Source of the DNA: Candidatus Uhrbacteria bacterium
GTDB lineage: Bacteria; Patescibacteriota; Patescibacteriia; JACQRZ01
DNA length: 54,266 nt
Direction: 5' to 3'
Assembly (NCBI GenBank): GCA_016206155.1
Contig: JACQSC010000001.1
Coordinates: forward strand, 71,105 to 125,370
How positions within the stretch are numbered: position 1 is the first letter of the stretch; the number at the start of each line of letters is the position of its first letter. The translations under genes and the position numbers were made by a program. Below, one piece after another: positions 10,331 through 18,930 of this stretch. The notes beneath the pieces are model-generated. The model saw only the letters and a program-made list of their open reading frames with translations. It had not been told where the DNA came from and did not search any database.

Positions 10331-11611
10331 ATGACCCATGCAATCATTCATATCGATGGTGATGCATTCTTCGCCTCGTGCGAGCAGGCGCGAAATCCAG
10401 CACTCAAAGGCAGGCCGGTGATTACCGGCAAGGAGCGGGGGATTGCCTCGTCCATGAGCTATGAAGCAAAGCGTAAAGGTGTGACGCGCGGTATGCGATT
10501 GTTTGAGATTTTGCGCGCATGTCCCGATGCTGTGATTCTTCCTTCCGACTACGAACTGTACAGTATCATCTCACAGAGGTTTATGACGATTGTGCGGCGA
10601 TATACATCGGTTGTGGAAGAGTATGGCATCGATGAATGTTTTGCGGATTTGACCGGCATGGACAAGCCGCTGGGACTATCGTGCGAAGAAATTGGGCGCC
10701 GTATTCAGGCAGATCTCATACGCGAGCTTGATTGTTCTTTCTCCGTTGGTCTTGCTCCGACAAAGGTTTTGGCAAAGGTCGGGTCGAAGTGGGAGAAACC
10801 AAACGGGTTCACCGTTATTGAAGAACGCACAATCCCGCGATTTCTTAGAGAACTCCCGATCGAAAGCGTATGGGGCATCGGTGGTCAGACGGCAGGCCTT
10901 CTCCATCGCCACGGCATCTTTACCGCACTTGATTTTATGAATGCGCGTGAAGGATGGGTGCGCGATACGCTCACCAAGCCGTTTGTTGAGATTTGGCATG
11001 AGCTCAACGGCCAAGCCGCCTTAGCCATTGACTGTGAAGAAAAAAGGCCACAAGGGTCAATTCAAAAAGTAAAAACATTTACGCCGCCATCCGACAAGCG
11101 AGATCATATTTTTTCTCAACTTTCACGGAATATTGAAAACGCCTGTATTCGCGCGCGCAGGCATGGGTTGGCCGCACGAGAGGTGACGTTCTTTTTGCGG
11201 ACACAGGACTTTCGCCATTTTGGCGTACGGGCGCAGCTGTCAAGGGCAACGGCATTTCCCAATAAGATGATCAATGTTCTTGAGGGGATGATCGACGAGC
11301 TTTTTCATTCTCGCAACCTCTATCGCGCAACCGGCGTCGTGCTCTCAAAGCTTACCGACGAAGCATCGGCCCAGCTTGATCTCTTCGGCGATCACCTTGG
11401 GATTGAGAAAATGACGCGGCTCTACAATAGTGTCGATACCCTGGATCAAAAATTTGGCAAGCACACCGTCTTTGTTGGATCAAGTTTCAAGACAGAAAAT
11501 ACCCCTCAATTCGCCGGCGTTCGCGCAGACCGTCCCTGGCGCGAGGGGCATCTTTTGCAAGGCGAAACCATCCGTCAGCATATTGGTATTCCAATTTTTT
11601 CTCCGACTTAA
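10331..11611 (+). CDS. dinB: Y-family DNA polymerase (DinB/UmuC-like)
   Basis: HIDGDAFFASCE, SYEAK..GV..GM, YGIDECF.D, K.LAK..S...KPNG, WGIG; QLDLF clamp-binding motif. Confidence 0.9.
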   Translation: MTHAIIHIDGDAFFASCEQARNPALKGRPVITGKERGIASSMSYEAKRKGVTRGMRLFEILRACPDAVILPSDYELYSIISQRFMTIVRRYTSVVEEYGIDECFADLTGMDKPLGLSCEEIGRRIQADLIRELDCSFSVGLAPTKVLAKVGSKWEKPNGFTVIEERTIPRFLRELPIESVWGIGGQTAGLLHRHGIFTALDFMNAREGWVRDTLTKPFVEIWHELNGQAALAIDCEEKRPQGSIQKVKTFTPPSDKRDHIFSQLSRNIENACIRARRHGLAAREVTFFLRTQDFRHFGVRAQLSRATAFPNKMINVLEGMIDELFHSRNLYRATGVVLSKLTDEASAQLDLFGDHLGIEKMTRLYNSVDTLDQKFGKHTVFVGSSFKTENTPQFAGVRADRPWREGHLLQGETIRQHIGIPIFSPT

Positions 11612-11618
11612 TCTGACA

Positions 11619-11646
11619 TTGACAAAGAGAATGACGCGACTATAAT
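11619..11646 (+). promoter_or_regulatory. Consensus sigma70 promoter
   Basis: TTGACA (11619-11624), 16 nt, TATAAT (11641-11646). Confidence 0.75.
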
Positions 11647-11671
11647 GAAACTACGTATAGATCATATTTTT

Positions 11672-12001
11672 ATGCAGGACAACAATCAAAAAAATAGTGT
11701 TACAACCGACGAGATCATGAACTTTCTTGTCGATCATATGGTGACGAAAGAGGAACTTCGCTACGAAGTTGCTGAGATTAGAAAAGAAATGGCAACTAAG
11801 AGCGAGCTTGGTAAGCTTCGTTCTGACATGATTGATCATATGAATAAAAATACCCTTCAACTTGAGACCACATTCGGCACCATGATGCGAGCAGAAGATC
11901 GGAAAGTTGGAGCACTGATCAATCTTCTTGCAGATAAGAATGTAATTTCTTCGCAAGAGGCAGGAATGATTTTAAAACTGGAACCATTTCCGAGCATGTG
12001 A
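11672..12001 (+). CDS. Hypothetical coiled-coil protein (VTKEEL/ATKSEL motifs)
   Basis: Open frame; ATG 11672 chosen because ATG 11645 overlaps the -10 box. Confidence 0.65.
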   Translation: MQDNNQKNSVTTDEIMNFLVDHMVTKEELRYEVAEIRKEMATKSELGKLRSDMIDHMNKNTLQLETTFGTMMRAEDRKVGALINLLADKNVISSQEAGMILKLEPFPSM

Positions 12002-15000
12002 GTGCTTCACAAGAGTTACTAAAAGATTTGAATCAAGAACAATCAACGGCCGTTACCCAAGGGGAGGGGCCGTTGTTGATTGTTGCTGGGGCGGGAACCG
12101 GAAAAACAACGGTCATCACGCGGAGAATCGCATGGCTCATTCTCTCCGGCAAGTGCAAACCCGATGAAGTCCTTGCGTTGACGTTCACGGAAAAGGCGGC
12201 TGGCGAGATGGAGGAGCGCGTTGACCGCCTCTTGCCATACGGGTATGTCAATTTGTGGATTTCGACATTCCATGCATTCTGTCAGCGTATCTTAGAGCGG
12301 CATGGGTTGGATATCGGCGTGCCGAATTCATTCAAGCTTCTTGACACGACGGCCAGCTGGCTCCTTGTCAGAAAGAATCTTGATCGTTTTGATCTTGATT
12401 ATTACCGTCCGCGCGGAAATCCCACTAAGTTCATTCACGCGCTCCTTCAGCACTTTTCTCGCGCGAAAGACGAAGGAATTCTGCCCGAGGACTATCTTCG
12501 GTATGCGCAAGATCAGAAACGGGGACAGTCACCGTTTCTGCAAGAAACGGTGACTGTCCCCGTTTCTGCCAAGCGATCCGAAGAAATTGCAAACGCGTAT
12601 CACATCTACCAGCAACTCCTCTTAGAAAACAATGCGCTTGATTTTGGCGACCTCCTCGTATACACCCGCGAGCTCTTTATGAACCGTCCCGCGATTCTTG
12701 AGCAGTACCGCGCACAATTTAAGTACATTCTTGTCGACGAGTTTCAAGATACCAACTGGATTCAATATACAATCGTGAATCTTCTTGCGACACCCGATGA
12801 CAATCTGACAGTGATGGCGGACGATGATCAGGCGATTTTTTTGTGGCGGGGCGCATCGTATCACAATATCCTTCAATTCAAAAAGGATTATCCGCAGAGC
12901 AGGGAGATATTTCTGACACAGAATTATCGTTCGTGCCAGAATATTCTTGATTGCGCCTATCAATTCATCCAGCACAATAATCCGGACCGCCTTGAATATC
13001 AGTTATCAGAGAAGGGCGGATTGTCAAAGCAACTTCGCGCGCAGCATGAGCGGCAGGGCAGTATTGAACACATTCATTGCACGACGCCCCAAGAGGAGGT
13101 CGCGCTTGTCTGTAAAAAAATTGCAGAGCTAAAAGAAAAAAATGTCGATCTCTGCTGGAGCGACATCGCGATTCTCGTACGCGCAAACGATACGGCAAAA
13201 CCCTTTTGTGAACATCTTCGTGATGCTCATATTCCCTATTATGTTGTTTCCGCTAAGGGATTGTACACAAAGCCCGTTATCATGGATATGCTTGCGTATT
13301 GCACCCTTCTTGTCCGACCGCACGACAGTCCGGCATTCTGGCGAGTGTTGACATGGCCTTTTTATACGTACGCGTCGGCAACCCTCATCGCGCTCTCTCA
13401 CTATGCGCATCGTTGCGGCATTTCGCTCTATGAGGCTTGCCAGAAGGTCGACGCGATCCCCGACATACGCCCCGAGGATCGGGTGGCGCTGAAAGGTCTG
13501 TGCGCTATCATTGAAAAGCATAGTATGCTTGCCAGAAGCGCGCGAGCGGCGGAAATTTTCCTCACTGTGGTACGCGATAGCGGATACCTTGCATATCTTA
13601 AGGATGGTGAAACAGAAGAAAAGCGCGAAGGATTAAAAGTTCTCGATGTATTTTATAAAAAAATTCGCGCATTGAGCCTTGACATGAATGATGCACGCTT
13701 AAAAGACATTCTCGATTGCGTGTCTCTTGAGCAAGAAGCAGGGGAGCAGGGAACGATGCCGCGCCGCGATGACGAGAGTCCTGACGCAGTGCATATCCTG
13801 ACATGCCACAGTGCGAAGGGTCTTGAATTTGACCATGTGTTCATCGTGAATATGGTTGACCGCAGGTTCCCGACAACGGAACGGCACGATGCGATTGAAC
13901 TTCCTGCGGAGCTACTGAAAGAAATAGTGCCGCAAGGGGATGCGCACCTTGAGGAGGAGCGGCGACTTTTTTATGTTGCGCTGACGCGGGCAAAACGGGG
14001 AGTGTATCTCACATCGTGTGAGGACACGGGCACGAACAGGAAGAAGAAACTTTCGCGGTTCTTGCATGAAATGGGGTTAAATGTGGGGTGGGGTCAGGCA
14101 CAGATTTTGCAGTCGCAAAAACTGAGCCAGACCCCAGCTGAGCCAGACCCCATTTCGACCGAAGAGCAAAAACAAAAATTCGGACCTGACACCAATTTTG
14201 CCGTTCTTCCCATTTCCCATGTTTTCAGCTACTCCCAGCTTGCCGCATTCCAAAAGTGCCCTTTGCAGTATAAATATGCGTTTGTCGTGAAGTTGCCGGT
14301 ATTTGGCAAGCCCGCTTTGAGCTTTGGACGAACTTTGCACCTCACGCTGCAAAAATTTTTTGAGCAATGCATTGAGTTGGAGAGAAGGGACCAGCAACAG
14401 CTGTTCAAGAGCGCGGAAAACCTGTATACTGACAATCATCAGGCGTTGCCATCCCTTGATACGTTGTTTGAGCTGTACGATCAGTGCTGGATCGATGAAT
14501 GGTTTTCCAGCAAGCGGCAAAAAGAGGAATACCGCCAACGCGGATGCGATATTCTCAAACGTCTGCATGAGGAAGTGTCGCGTACGCCCATGCGCACCAA
14601 GGCGCTTGAACGTGATTTTATCATCAGGTTTGGGGATTATCCCGATCAGATCACGATCAAAGGGCGCATGGATCGAGTCGATGAGTGCGATGACGGCACC
14701 GTTGAGATTATCGATTACAAGACGGGTACGCCAAAGGACAAGTTGACGCGCGAGGATAAGGAGCAGCTCCTTTACTATCAGATTGCGTCGCAAGAGGTAT
14801 TTGGCGAGCATCCCTCAAAGTTGACCTATTACTATCTTGATGACGGAAGCACGATTACGTTCATTGGGAGCGATGAGGATATCCAAAAACTGCGCAGTAA
14901 AGCAGCAACGATTGTTGGACAGATCAGGGAAAGCACATTTGAGGCGACACCTGGCTGGCACTGCAGATTTTGCGACTTCCGCGATATCTGTGAATATAGA

Positions 15001-15009
15001 GCCCACTAA
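11998..15009 (+). CDS. UvrD/PcrA-family helicase fused to a PD-(D/E)XK RecB-type nuclease with an Fe-S staple
   Basis: AGAGTGKT, LVDEFQDTN, NYRS, H.AKGLEF, EERRLFYVALTRAK; GRMDRVD, IIDYKTG, QL..Y, C...CRFCDFRDIC. Confidence 0.92.
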   Translation: MSASQELLKDLNQEQSTAVTQGEGPLLIVAGAGTGKTTVITRRIAWLILSGKCKPDEVLALTFTEKAAGEMEERVDRLLPYGYVNLWISTFHAFCQRILERHGLDIGVPNSFKLLDTTASWLLVRKNLDRFDLDYYRPRGNPTKFIHALLQHFSRAKDEGILPEDYLRYAQDQKRGQSPFLQETVTVPVSAKRSEEIANAYHIYQQLLLENNALDFGDLLVYTRELFMNRPAILEQYRAQFKYILVDEFQDTNWIQYTIVNLLATPDDNLTVMADDDQAIFLWRGASYHNILQFKKDYPQSREIFLTQNYRSCQNILDCAYQFIQHNNPDRLEYQLSEKGGLSKQLRAQHERQGSIEHIHCTTPQEEVALVCKKIAELKEKNVDLCWSDIAILVRANDTAKPFCEHLRDAHIPYYVVSAKGLYTKPVIMDMLAYCTLLVRPHDSPAFWRVLTWPFYTYASATLIALSHYAHRCGISLYEACQKVDAIPDIRPEDRVALKGLCAIIEKHSMLARSARAAEIFLTVVRDSGYLAYLKDGETEEKREGLKVLDVFYKKIRALSLDMNDARLKDILDCVSLEQEAGEQGTMPRRDDESPDAVHILTCHSAKGLEFDHVFIVNMVDRRFPTTERHDAIELPAELLKEIVPQGDAHLEEERRLFYVALTRAKRGVYLTSCEDTGTNRKKKLSRFLHEMGLNVGWGQAQILQSQKLSQTPAEPDPISTEEQKQKFGPDTNFAVLPISHVFSYSQLAAFQKCPLQYKYAFVVKLPVFGKPALSFGRTLHLTLQKFFEQCIELERRDQQQLFKSAENLYTDNHQALPSLDTLFELYDQCWIDEWFSSKRQKEEYRQRGCDILKRLHEEVSRTPMRTKALERDFIIRFGDYPDQITIKGRMDRVDECDDGTVEIIDYKTGTPKDKLTREDKEQLLYYQIASQEVFGEHPSKLTYYYLDDGSTITFIGSDEDIQKLRSKAATIVGQIRESTFEATPGWHCRFCDFRDICEYRAH
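12514..12568. repeat. Perfect 26-bp inverted repeat (REP-like) inside the helicase
   Basis: CAGAAACGGGGACAGTCACCGTTTCT-gca-AGAAACGGTGACTGTCCCCGTTTCTG. Confidence 0.9.
14089..14200. repeat. REP-like palindrome cluster in the helicase-nuclease linker
   Basis: TGGGGTCAGGCACAGATTTTGC-agtc-GCAAAAACTGAGCCAGACCCCA, an extra CTGAGCCAGACCCCA, and CCTGACACCAATTT at 14185-14198. Confidence 0.85.
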
Positions 15010-15014
15010 CCTTT

Positions 15015-15329
15015 ATGGCACTTACCGCATTTTCACAACTGGTGACAAAGAATATACATCGGACATCCATAGGTCCGCAGGTACAAACTGCTCTTGCGTT
15101 GGAGCGTGCTCGTAATGTCCTTCATGCCCTGCTTGATGAGGAAACAGATCGCGCTGTTCGTCCCGCCTATATCCGGTACAACGCGCTCACGCTTCGCTGT
15201 CGGCACTCATCGGCGGCAGCGTGCATCGGACCTTTTGAACAGGAAATTCTCGACTATGTGAATAAAGGATTTCCCGCTCCGGTGGCAAAACGGCTCCATG
15301 TCATTTTTGATACCAATGAAACATATTGA
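15015..15329 (+). CDS. Probable DciA/DUF721-family protein
   Basis: Size and the pattern L.L.C..S.AA..I...EQEIL..VN. Confidence 0.55.
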   Translation: MALTAFSQLVTKNIHRTSIGPQVQTALALERARNVLHALLDEETDRAVRPAYIRYNALTLRCRHSSAAACIGPFEQEILDYVNKGFPAPVAKRLHVIFDTNETY

Positions 15330-15807
15330 TTACAAAAAAATCCTTTCCCACGCAGCGCTGATCCTTGGAGCGCTTGTAGTTATTGCGGGGCTCATGATGT
15401 GGGTGCGAAGCGAGGAGGCGTATGCGCGCGATGCGCAGCGCATGGGGGATGTCATCGACATAAAGCTCGGGCTCTATCGCTACTATCTCCGGCATGCGGC
15501 CTATCCATCAAGCGCCACATCCGTTCTTCTTGGCGGGCCCGACGCCGATTGTTTAGGAGATAAAGGATTCGTGAGCCGCAAGGGATTGGATTGTTCGGGT
15601 CGCCCGTATCTTTCGCCGGTTCCCGCGAGTCTCGGCCTCACCGATCAGGATGTCTATACCTATACGCCCCTTGGCGCAGACAGCGATACGATCTGCGATT
15701 CCGCGACCGGATGTCCGCGCTACGGGATTCTCTTCTATTTTGAAACGAATGTTTTTGCAAAGAAAGGATTTCATGTGCTTACGCCTGAAGGGCTTCAAAC
15801 ACTATGA
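15316..15807 (+). CDS. Pilin-like protein lacking the class III signal
   Basis: TM followed by ARDAQR..D...IK..L..YY....YP, Cys pairs; no GFTLxE. Confidence 0.65.
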   Translation: MKHIDYKKILSHAALILGALVVIAGLMMWVRSEEAYARDAQRMGDVIDIKLGLYRYYLRHAAYPSSATSVLLGGPDADCLGDKGFVSRKGLDCSGRPYLSPVPASLGLTDQDVYTYTPLGADSDTICDSATGCPRYGILFYFETNVFAKKGFHVLTPEGLQTL

Positions 15808-16190
15808 CACTTACTCGCTATCTTGTTCTCATGGCGTTTGCGACGGCCCTGTGCTGGGCGGCATGGACAACCGTCGTTGGGGCGGTCAATCCTTTTGATA
15901 CCGACATTGTCGGCTATTTTCTTTTTTATTCCAGCTTCTCCCTTGCGCTTGCCGGCACCTTTGCGCTTCTGGGGCTCTTGTTTCGCACGCTTCTGCTCAA
16001 GCAGGAGCTCATGTTTCAGAAGGTTGCCATTTCCTTTCGTCAGGGCATTTTTTTTGCTATTCTGATAGATGGGTTCCTTATCTTACAGGGCATGAGACTG
16101 CTCACATGGTATAACGTAGCGTTTTTGATTGTCGGATTAACAATAGCGGAGTTCTTCGTCATTTCACGCAAACCGCAAAGACGAAGATAG
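15804..16190 (+). CDS. Four-TM hypothetical membrane protein
   Basis: Hydrophobic open frame with an SFRQG motif, translationally coupled. Confidence 0.75.
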   Translation: MTLTRYLVLMAFATALCWAAWTTVVGAVNPFDTDIVGYFLFYSSFSLALAGTFALLGLLFRTLLLKQELMFQKVAISFRQGIFFAILIDGFLILQGMRLLTWYNVAFLIVGLTIAEFFVISRKPQRRR

Positions 16191-16271
16191 GGTGCAGGGT
16201 AGAGGGTACAGGGTATAGAAAAACCCTAACCCATAAACCCTAACCCCTAACCCCTAACCCCTAAACCCTAG
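16188..16271. repeat. Heptamer-array hairpin, family A, from a stop codon to the pilC start
   Basis: TAGGGTG CAGGGTA GAGGGTA CAGGGTA TAG ... (CCCTAAC/CCCTAAA)~7. Confidence 0.88.
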
Positions 16272-16273
16272 TA

Positions 16274-17491
16274 ATGCAATTCAAATACACAGCAAAAGAA
16301 AAAAATGGCGAGGAGGTCGTCGGCCAGGTTGAGGCAGAGAGCGCAAATGCCGCCGCCGACGAGCTCATGGGCCGCGAGCTCTACATCACCTCGCTTACTG
16401 AGGTAAGGGCTCATGAAGATATCGTGGGCGCAATCGGTAAGGTTTTTTCGCGGGTGACAAAAAAGGACCTTGCGATTTTCTTGCGCCAACTCTCCATTCT
16501 CATATCCGCGGCGGTGCCGCTCGTACAGGCGCTGAAGATTCTTGGCGGTCAAACGCCAAACAAGGTGCTGCGCCAAACCTTGATCGATGTCCAGCGGGAG
16601 GTTGAGGGCGGCATGAAGTTCTCACTCGCCCTTGAGCGCTACCCAAACGTCTTCTCATCTTATTTCATCAATATGGTGCGCTCGGGAGAGACCTCGGGAC
16701 GCTTGGAAGAGATTTTGGGATACCTTGCGGATCAGGAGGAGAAGGATTACGAGCTTCAAGGCAAGATCATCGGGGCGCTTGTGTACCCTGGGTTTATTAT
16801 ATCCGTGCTGTTTGGCGGCAGTTTTTTTATGCTTGTTTTTGTGCTGCCAAAAATCCTCAAGATGTTTGAGGAGTTCGGAGCGACAGCCGATCTTCCGCTT
16901 GCAACCCGTGCACTCATGTTTTTATCAAAGACTGCCCAGTCCTACTGGTGGGTTGTGATACTTGCAGTCATTGTCGGCGCGCTTCTTTTCCGCTCCTATA
17001 TCAAAACTGAGCAGGGGCGTGCATGGTTTGACTTTGTAAAATTAAAGGCGCCGGTCTTTGGCCAGCTTTTCCAATATCTCTATGTGATTCGATTTGCGCG
17101 GAGCTTTAATACCATTCTTGTTGGAGGTATCACCATTCCGCAAGGTCTTCGTATCGTTCGCACCGTTATTGGAAGTCCTTTGTTTGAGAAACTGATAGAC
17201 GAAACCATCAAAGAGGTCGAGGAAGGCAATCCAATGTCTGGCGTTTTTGCAAAAAGTCCACATATGCCGGCGATGGTCACTCAAATGCTTGCGGTAGGGG
17301 AGCAGACAGGGCGCCTGGACGATGTCTTGGAGAAAATAACGAATTTTTATAACCGTGAGATTAACAGTGTCATTGAGATAGCACTCAAGCTGGTCGAACC
17401 GGTTATTATGATTATCCTCGGCATAGGAGTCGGTTTTCTTGTCGCCGGTGTCATCTTGCCCATGATGAACCTCGCTTCTGTAGCGCAGTAG
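16274..17491 (+). CDS. pilC: Type IV pilus platform protein PilC/GspF
   Basis: Two T2SSF domains: F.RQL..L..A.VPL..AL, GE.SG.L, ALVYP; GEQTG.LD, EP..I. Confidence 0.93.
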   Translation: MQFKYTAKEKNGEEVVGQVEAESANAAADELMGRELYITSLTEVRAHEDIVGAIGKVFSRVTKKDLAIFLRQLSILISAAVPLVQALKILGGQTPNKVLRQTLIDVQREVEGGMKFSLALERYPNVFSSYFINMVRSGETSGRLEEILGYLADQEEKDYELQGKIIGALVYPGFIISVLFGGSFFMLVFVLPKILKMFEEFGATADLPLATRALMFLSKTAQSYWWVVILAVIVGALLFRSYIKTEQGRAWFDFVKLKAPVFGQLFQYLYVIRFARSFNTILVGGITIPQGLRIVRTVIGSPLFEKLIDETIKEVEEGNPMSGVFAKSPHMPAMVTQMLAVGEQTGRLDDVLEKITNFYNREINSVIEIALKLVEPVIMIILGIGVGFLVAGVILPMMNLASVAQ

Positions 17492-17538
17492 CACGGAGAA
17501 AATTATCCACAGCCGCTCTTCCCTTTGTTCTTTATTTA

Positions 17539-17547
17539 TGGTATAAT
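17539..17547 (+). promoter_or_regulatory. Extended -10 promoter of the pilin gene
   Basis: TG-G-TATAAT. Confidence 0.55.
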
Positions 17548-17571
17548 AGTAACAGATGTGCATAATCGTAA

Positions 17572-17662
17572 TGTCATTGTGAGCATCAGCGAGGAATCCC
17601 CATAAAGGCGGGATTGCCACGGTCGCTTCGCTAACCTGCTTGCAGGCGGGCCCGTAATGACA
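17572..17662. repeat. Structured GTCATT...AATGAC dispersed repeat in the pilin leader, with a nested CCTGC..GCAGG hairpin
   Basis: TGTCATT/AATGACA termini, internal AATCCC/GGGATT pairing, GATTGCCACG.TCGCTTCGCT core. Confidence 0.6.
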
Positions 17663-17699
17663 CTAATTTATATTTTAACAATATAATTAATTTAAAATT

Positions 17700-18191
17700 A
17701 TGACCAATAAAAAAGGTTTTACATTGGTGGAACTACTCGTTGTCATCGGCATCATCGGTGTTCTTGCGACTATTAGTGTCGCGTCGCTTCAGTCGGCGCA
17801 GAAGCGTGCCCGTGACACAAAGCGTATTGCGGTTGTGAAGGGTATGTCAACGATGATTGAAGGGGAAGATGCTGGATCTCCGGGAACCGCGATAGTATGT
17901 GCTGCTGGCGCCGCGTGCGGAGATCTTGTTGATACTACAACCGTTACAGGACCGTCAACATTAGCTGACGCCGGTTTTAAGGGGGCAGTTGACCCACAAG
18001 CGCCAACCGATGTCTGTACGGCTGCAAGCGTTAAAGCGTGCAAATATGCGATATCAACGAGCACAGGTGCCGCCGAACCGAAAACAAACGATTATCAAAT
18101 TTGTTTTTTTCTTGAGGCCGGTGGCGCAGGATTACAATGGGGTATGAACAGTATCGTAACTGGGGGAGCATTTACTAAAGGATGTAAATAG
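17700..18191 (+). CDS. Type IV pilin (probably the major pilin)
   Basis: KKG/FTLVELLVVIGIIGVLA class III signal, ARDTKR, six Cys; own promoter and terminator. Confidence 0.92.
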   Translation: MTNKKGFTLVELLVVIGIIGVLATISVASLQSAQKRARDTKRIAVVKGMSTMIEGEDAGSPGTAIVCAAGAACGDLVDTTTVTGPSTLADAGFKGAVDPQAPTDVCTAASVKACKYAISTSTGAAEPKTNDYQICFFLEAGGAGLQWGMNSIVTGGAFTKGCK

Positions 18192-18206
18192 GTAAAATCT
18201 ATATTC

Positions 18207-18244
18207 AAAAAGAACGCCGGACAACCTCCGGCGTTCTTTTTTTT
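18207..18244 (+). terminator. Intrinsic terminator (bidirectional layout)
   Basis: AAAAAGAACGCCGGA-caacc-TCCGGCGTTCTTTTTTTT. Confidence 0.88.
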
Positions 18245-18267
18245 ATTACCCATGCTATGATGAATGC

Positions 18268-18825
18268 ATGATTGTTTTTATAGATGAATCAGGAGTTCAT
18301 AAGACAGATGGGCATTCGTGCTTTTCCCTTGTTTATGTGACTACAGACAACGCAGAATTTTTGGAACATTCAATTATTGAAATTGAGCGGCAAAATCGTA
18401 TGTCAGTATTCCATTGGACAGATCAACCCTGGAAGCTGAGAAGCGTTTTTTTGCAGGCCGTAGCGAAGCTTCCATTCACAGCGAAGGTCGCTCTTTTTAG
18501 AAACCCAATCATAGAAACTAAAGCACTGGAGTGGGCGCTAAGGCACGTGCTTGTTGAGAAGAATTTTCGAGCCATCATTCTTGACGGAAAGAAGCCAAAA
18601 TGGGTTGAACGTCAGTTGAAGAAAGTGTTGCGCGACAATGGTATATCAGTAAAGAAACTTAAAACCGTTCGGCAGGAATCCTCTGCGGGGGTACGCCTTG
18701 CCGACGCTATTGCAGGACTGAGTCGAACATATTTTGACGATCCTTGTGGGAGGGCGCAGCCGTTATGGAGATGCATTGAATATAAAATAACCACCCAGCT
18801 TGTGGGTGGTCAGACAGATAGGTAA
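18268..18825 (+). CDS. DUF3800-family protein
   Basis: N-terminal VFIDESG, central ILDG, C-terminal S.GVRLADAIAG. Confidence 0.8.
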   Translation: MIVFIDESGVHKTDGHSCFSLVYVTTDNAEFLEHSIIEIERQNRMSVFHWTDQPWKLRSVFLQAVAKLPFTAKVALFRNPIIETKALEWALRHVLVEKNFRAIILDGKKPKWVERQLKKVLRDNGISVKKLKTVRQESSAGVRLADAIAGLSRTYFDDPCGRAQPLWRCIEYKITTQLVGGQTDR

Positions 18826-18869
18826 GCCTTTCGGCCCCTCCTAACGGGAGGTGTCCCTACCTTCTTGTT
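18783..18869 (-). ncRNA. Putative DUF3800-associated structured RNA, antisense and convergent to the gene
   Basis: Minus strand: AGGUAGG/CCUAUCU closing stem, CCUCC-GGAGG and GCC-GAAA-GGC hairpins, then ACCACCC/GGGUGGU hairpin plus UAUUUU; own promoter. Confidence 0.7.
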
Positions 18870-18875
18870 AGTACA

Positions 18876-18903
18876 ATCATATCAATGCGATACAATTTGT
18901 CAA
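18876..18903 (-). promoter_or_regulatory. sigma70 promoter for the antisense RNA
   Basis: Minus strand TTGACA (18903-18898), 16 nt, TATGAT (18881-18876) with TGn extension. Confidence 0.7.
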
Positions 18904-18930
18904 GATATAATTCATTGATATACTGTCAGC

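Noticed and set aside
18783..18869. Hammerhead ribozyme (three-way junction with GAAA)
   Set aside because: No CUGANGA core; the GAAA is a tetraloop.
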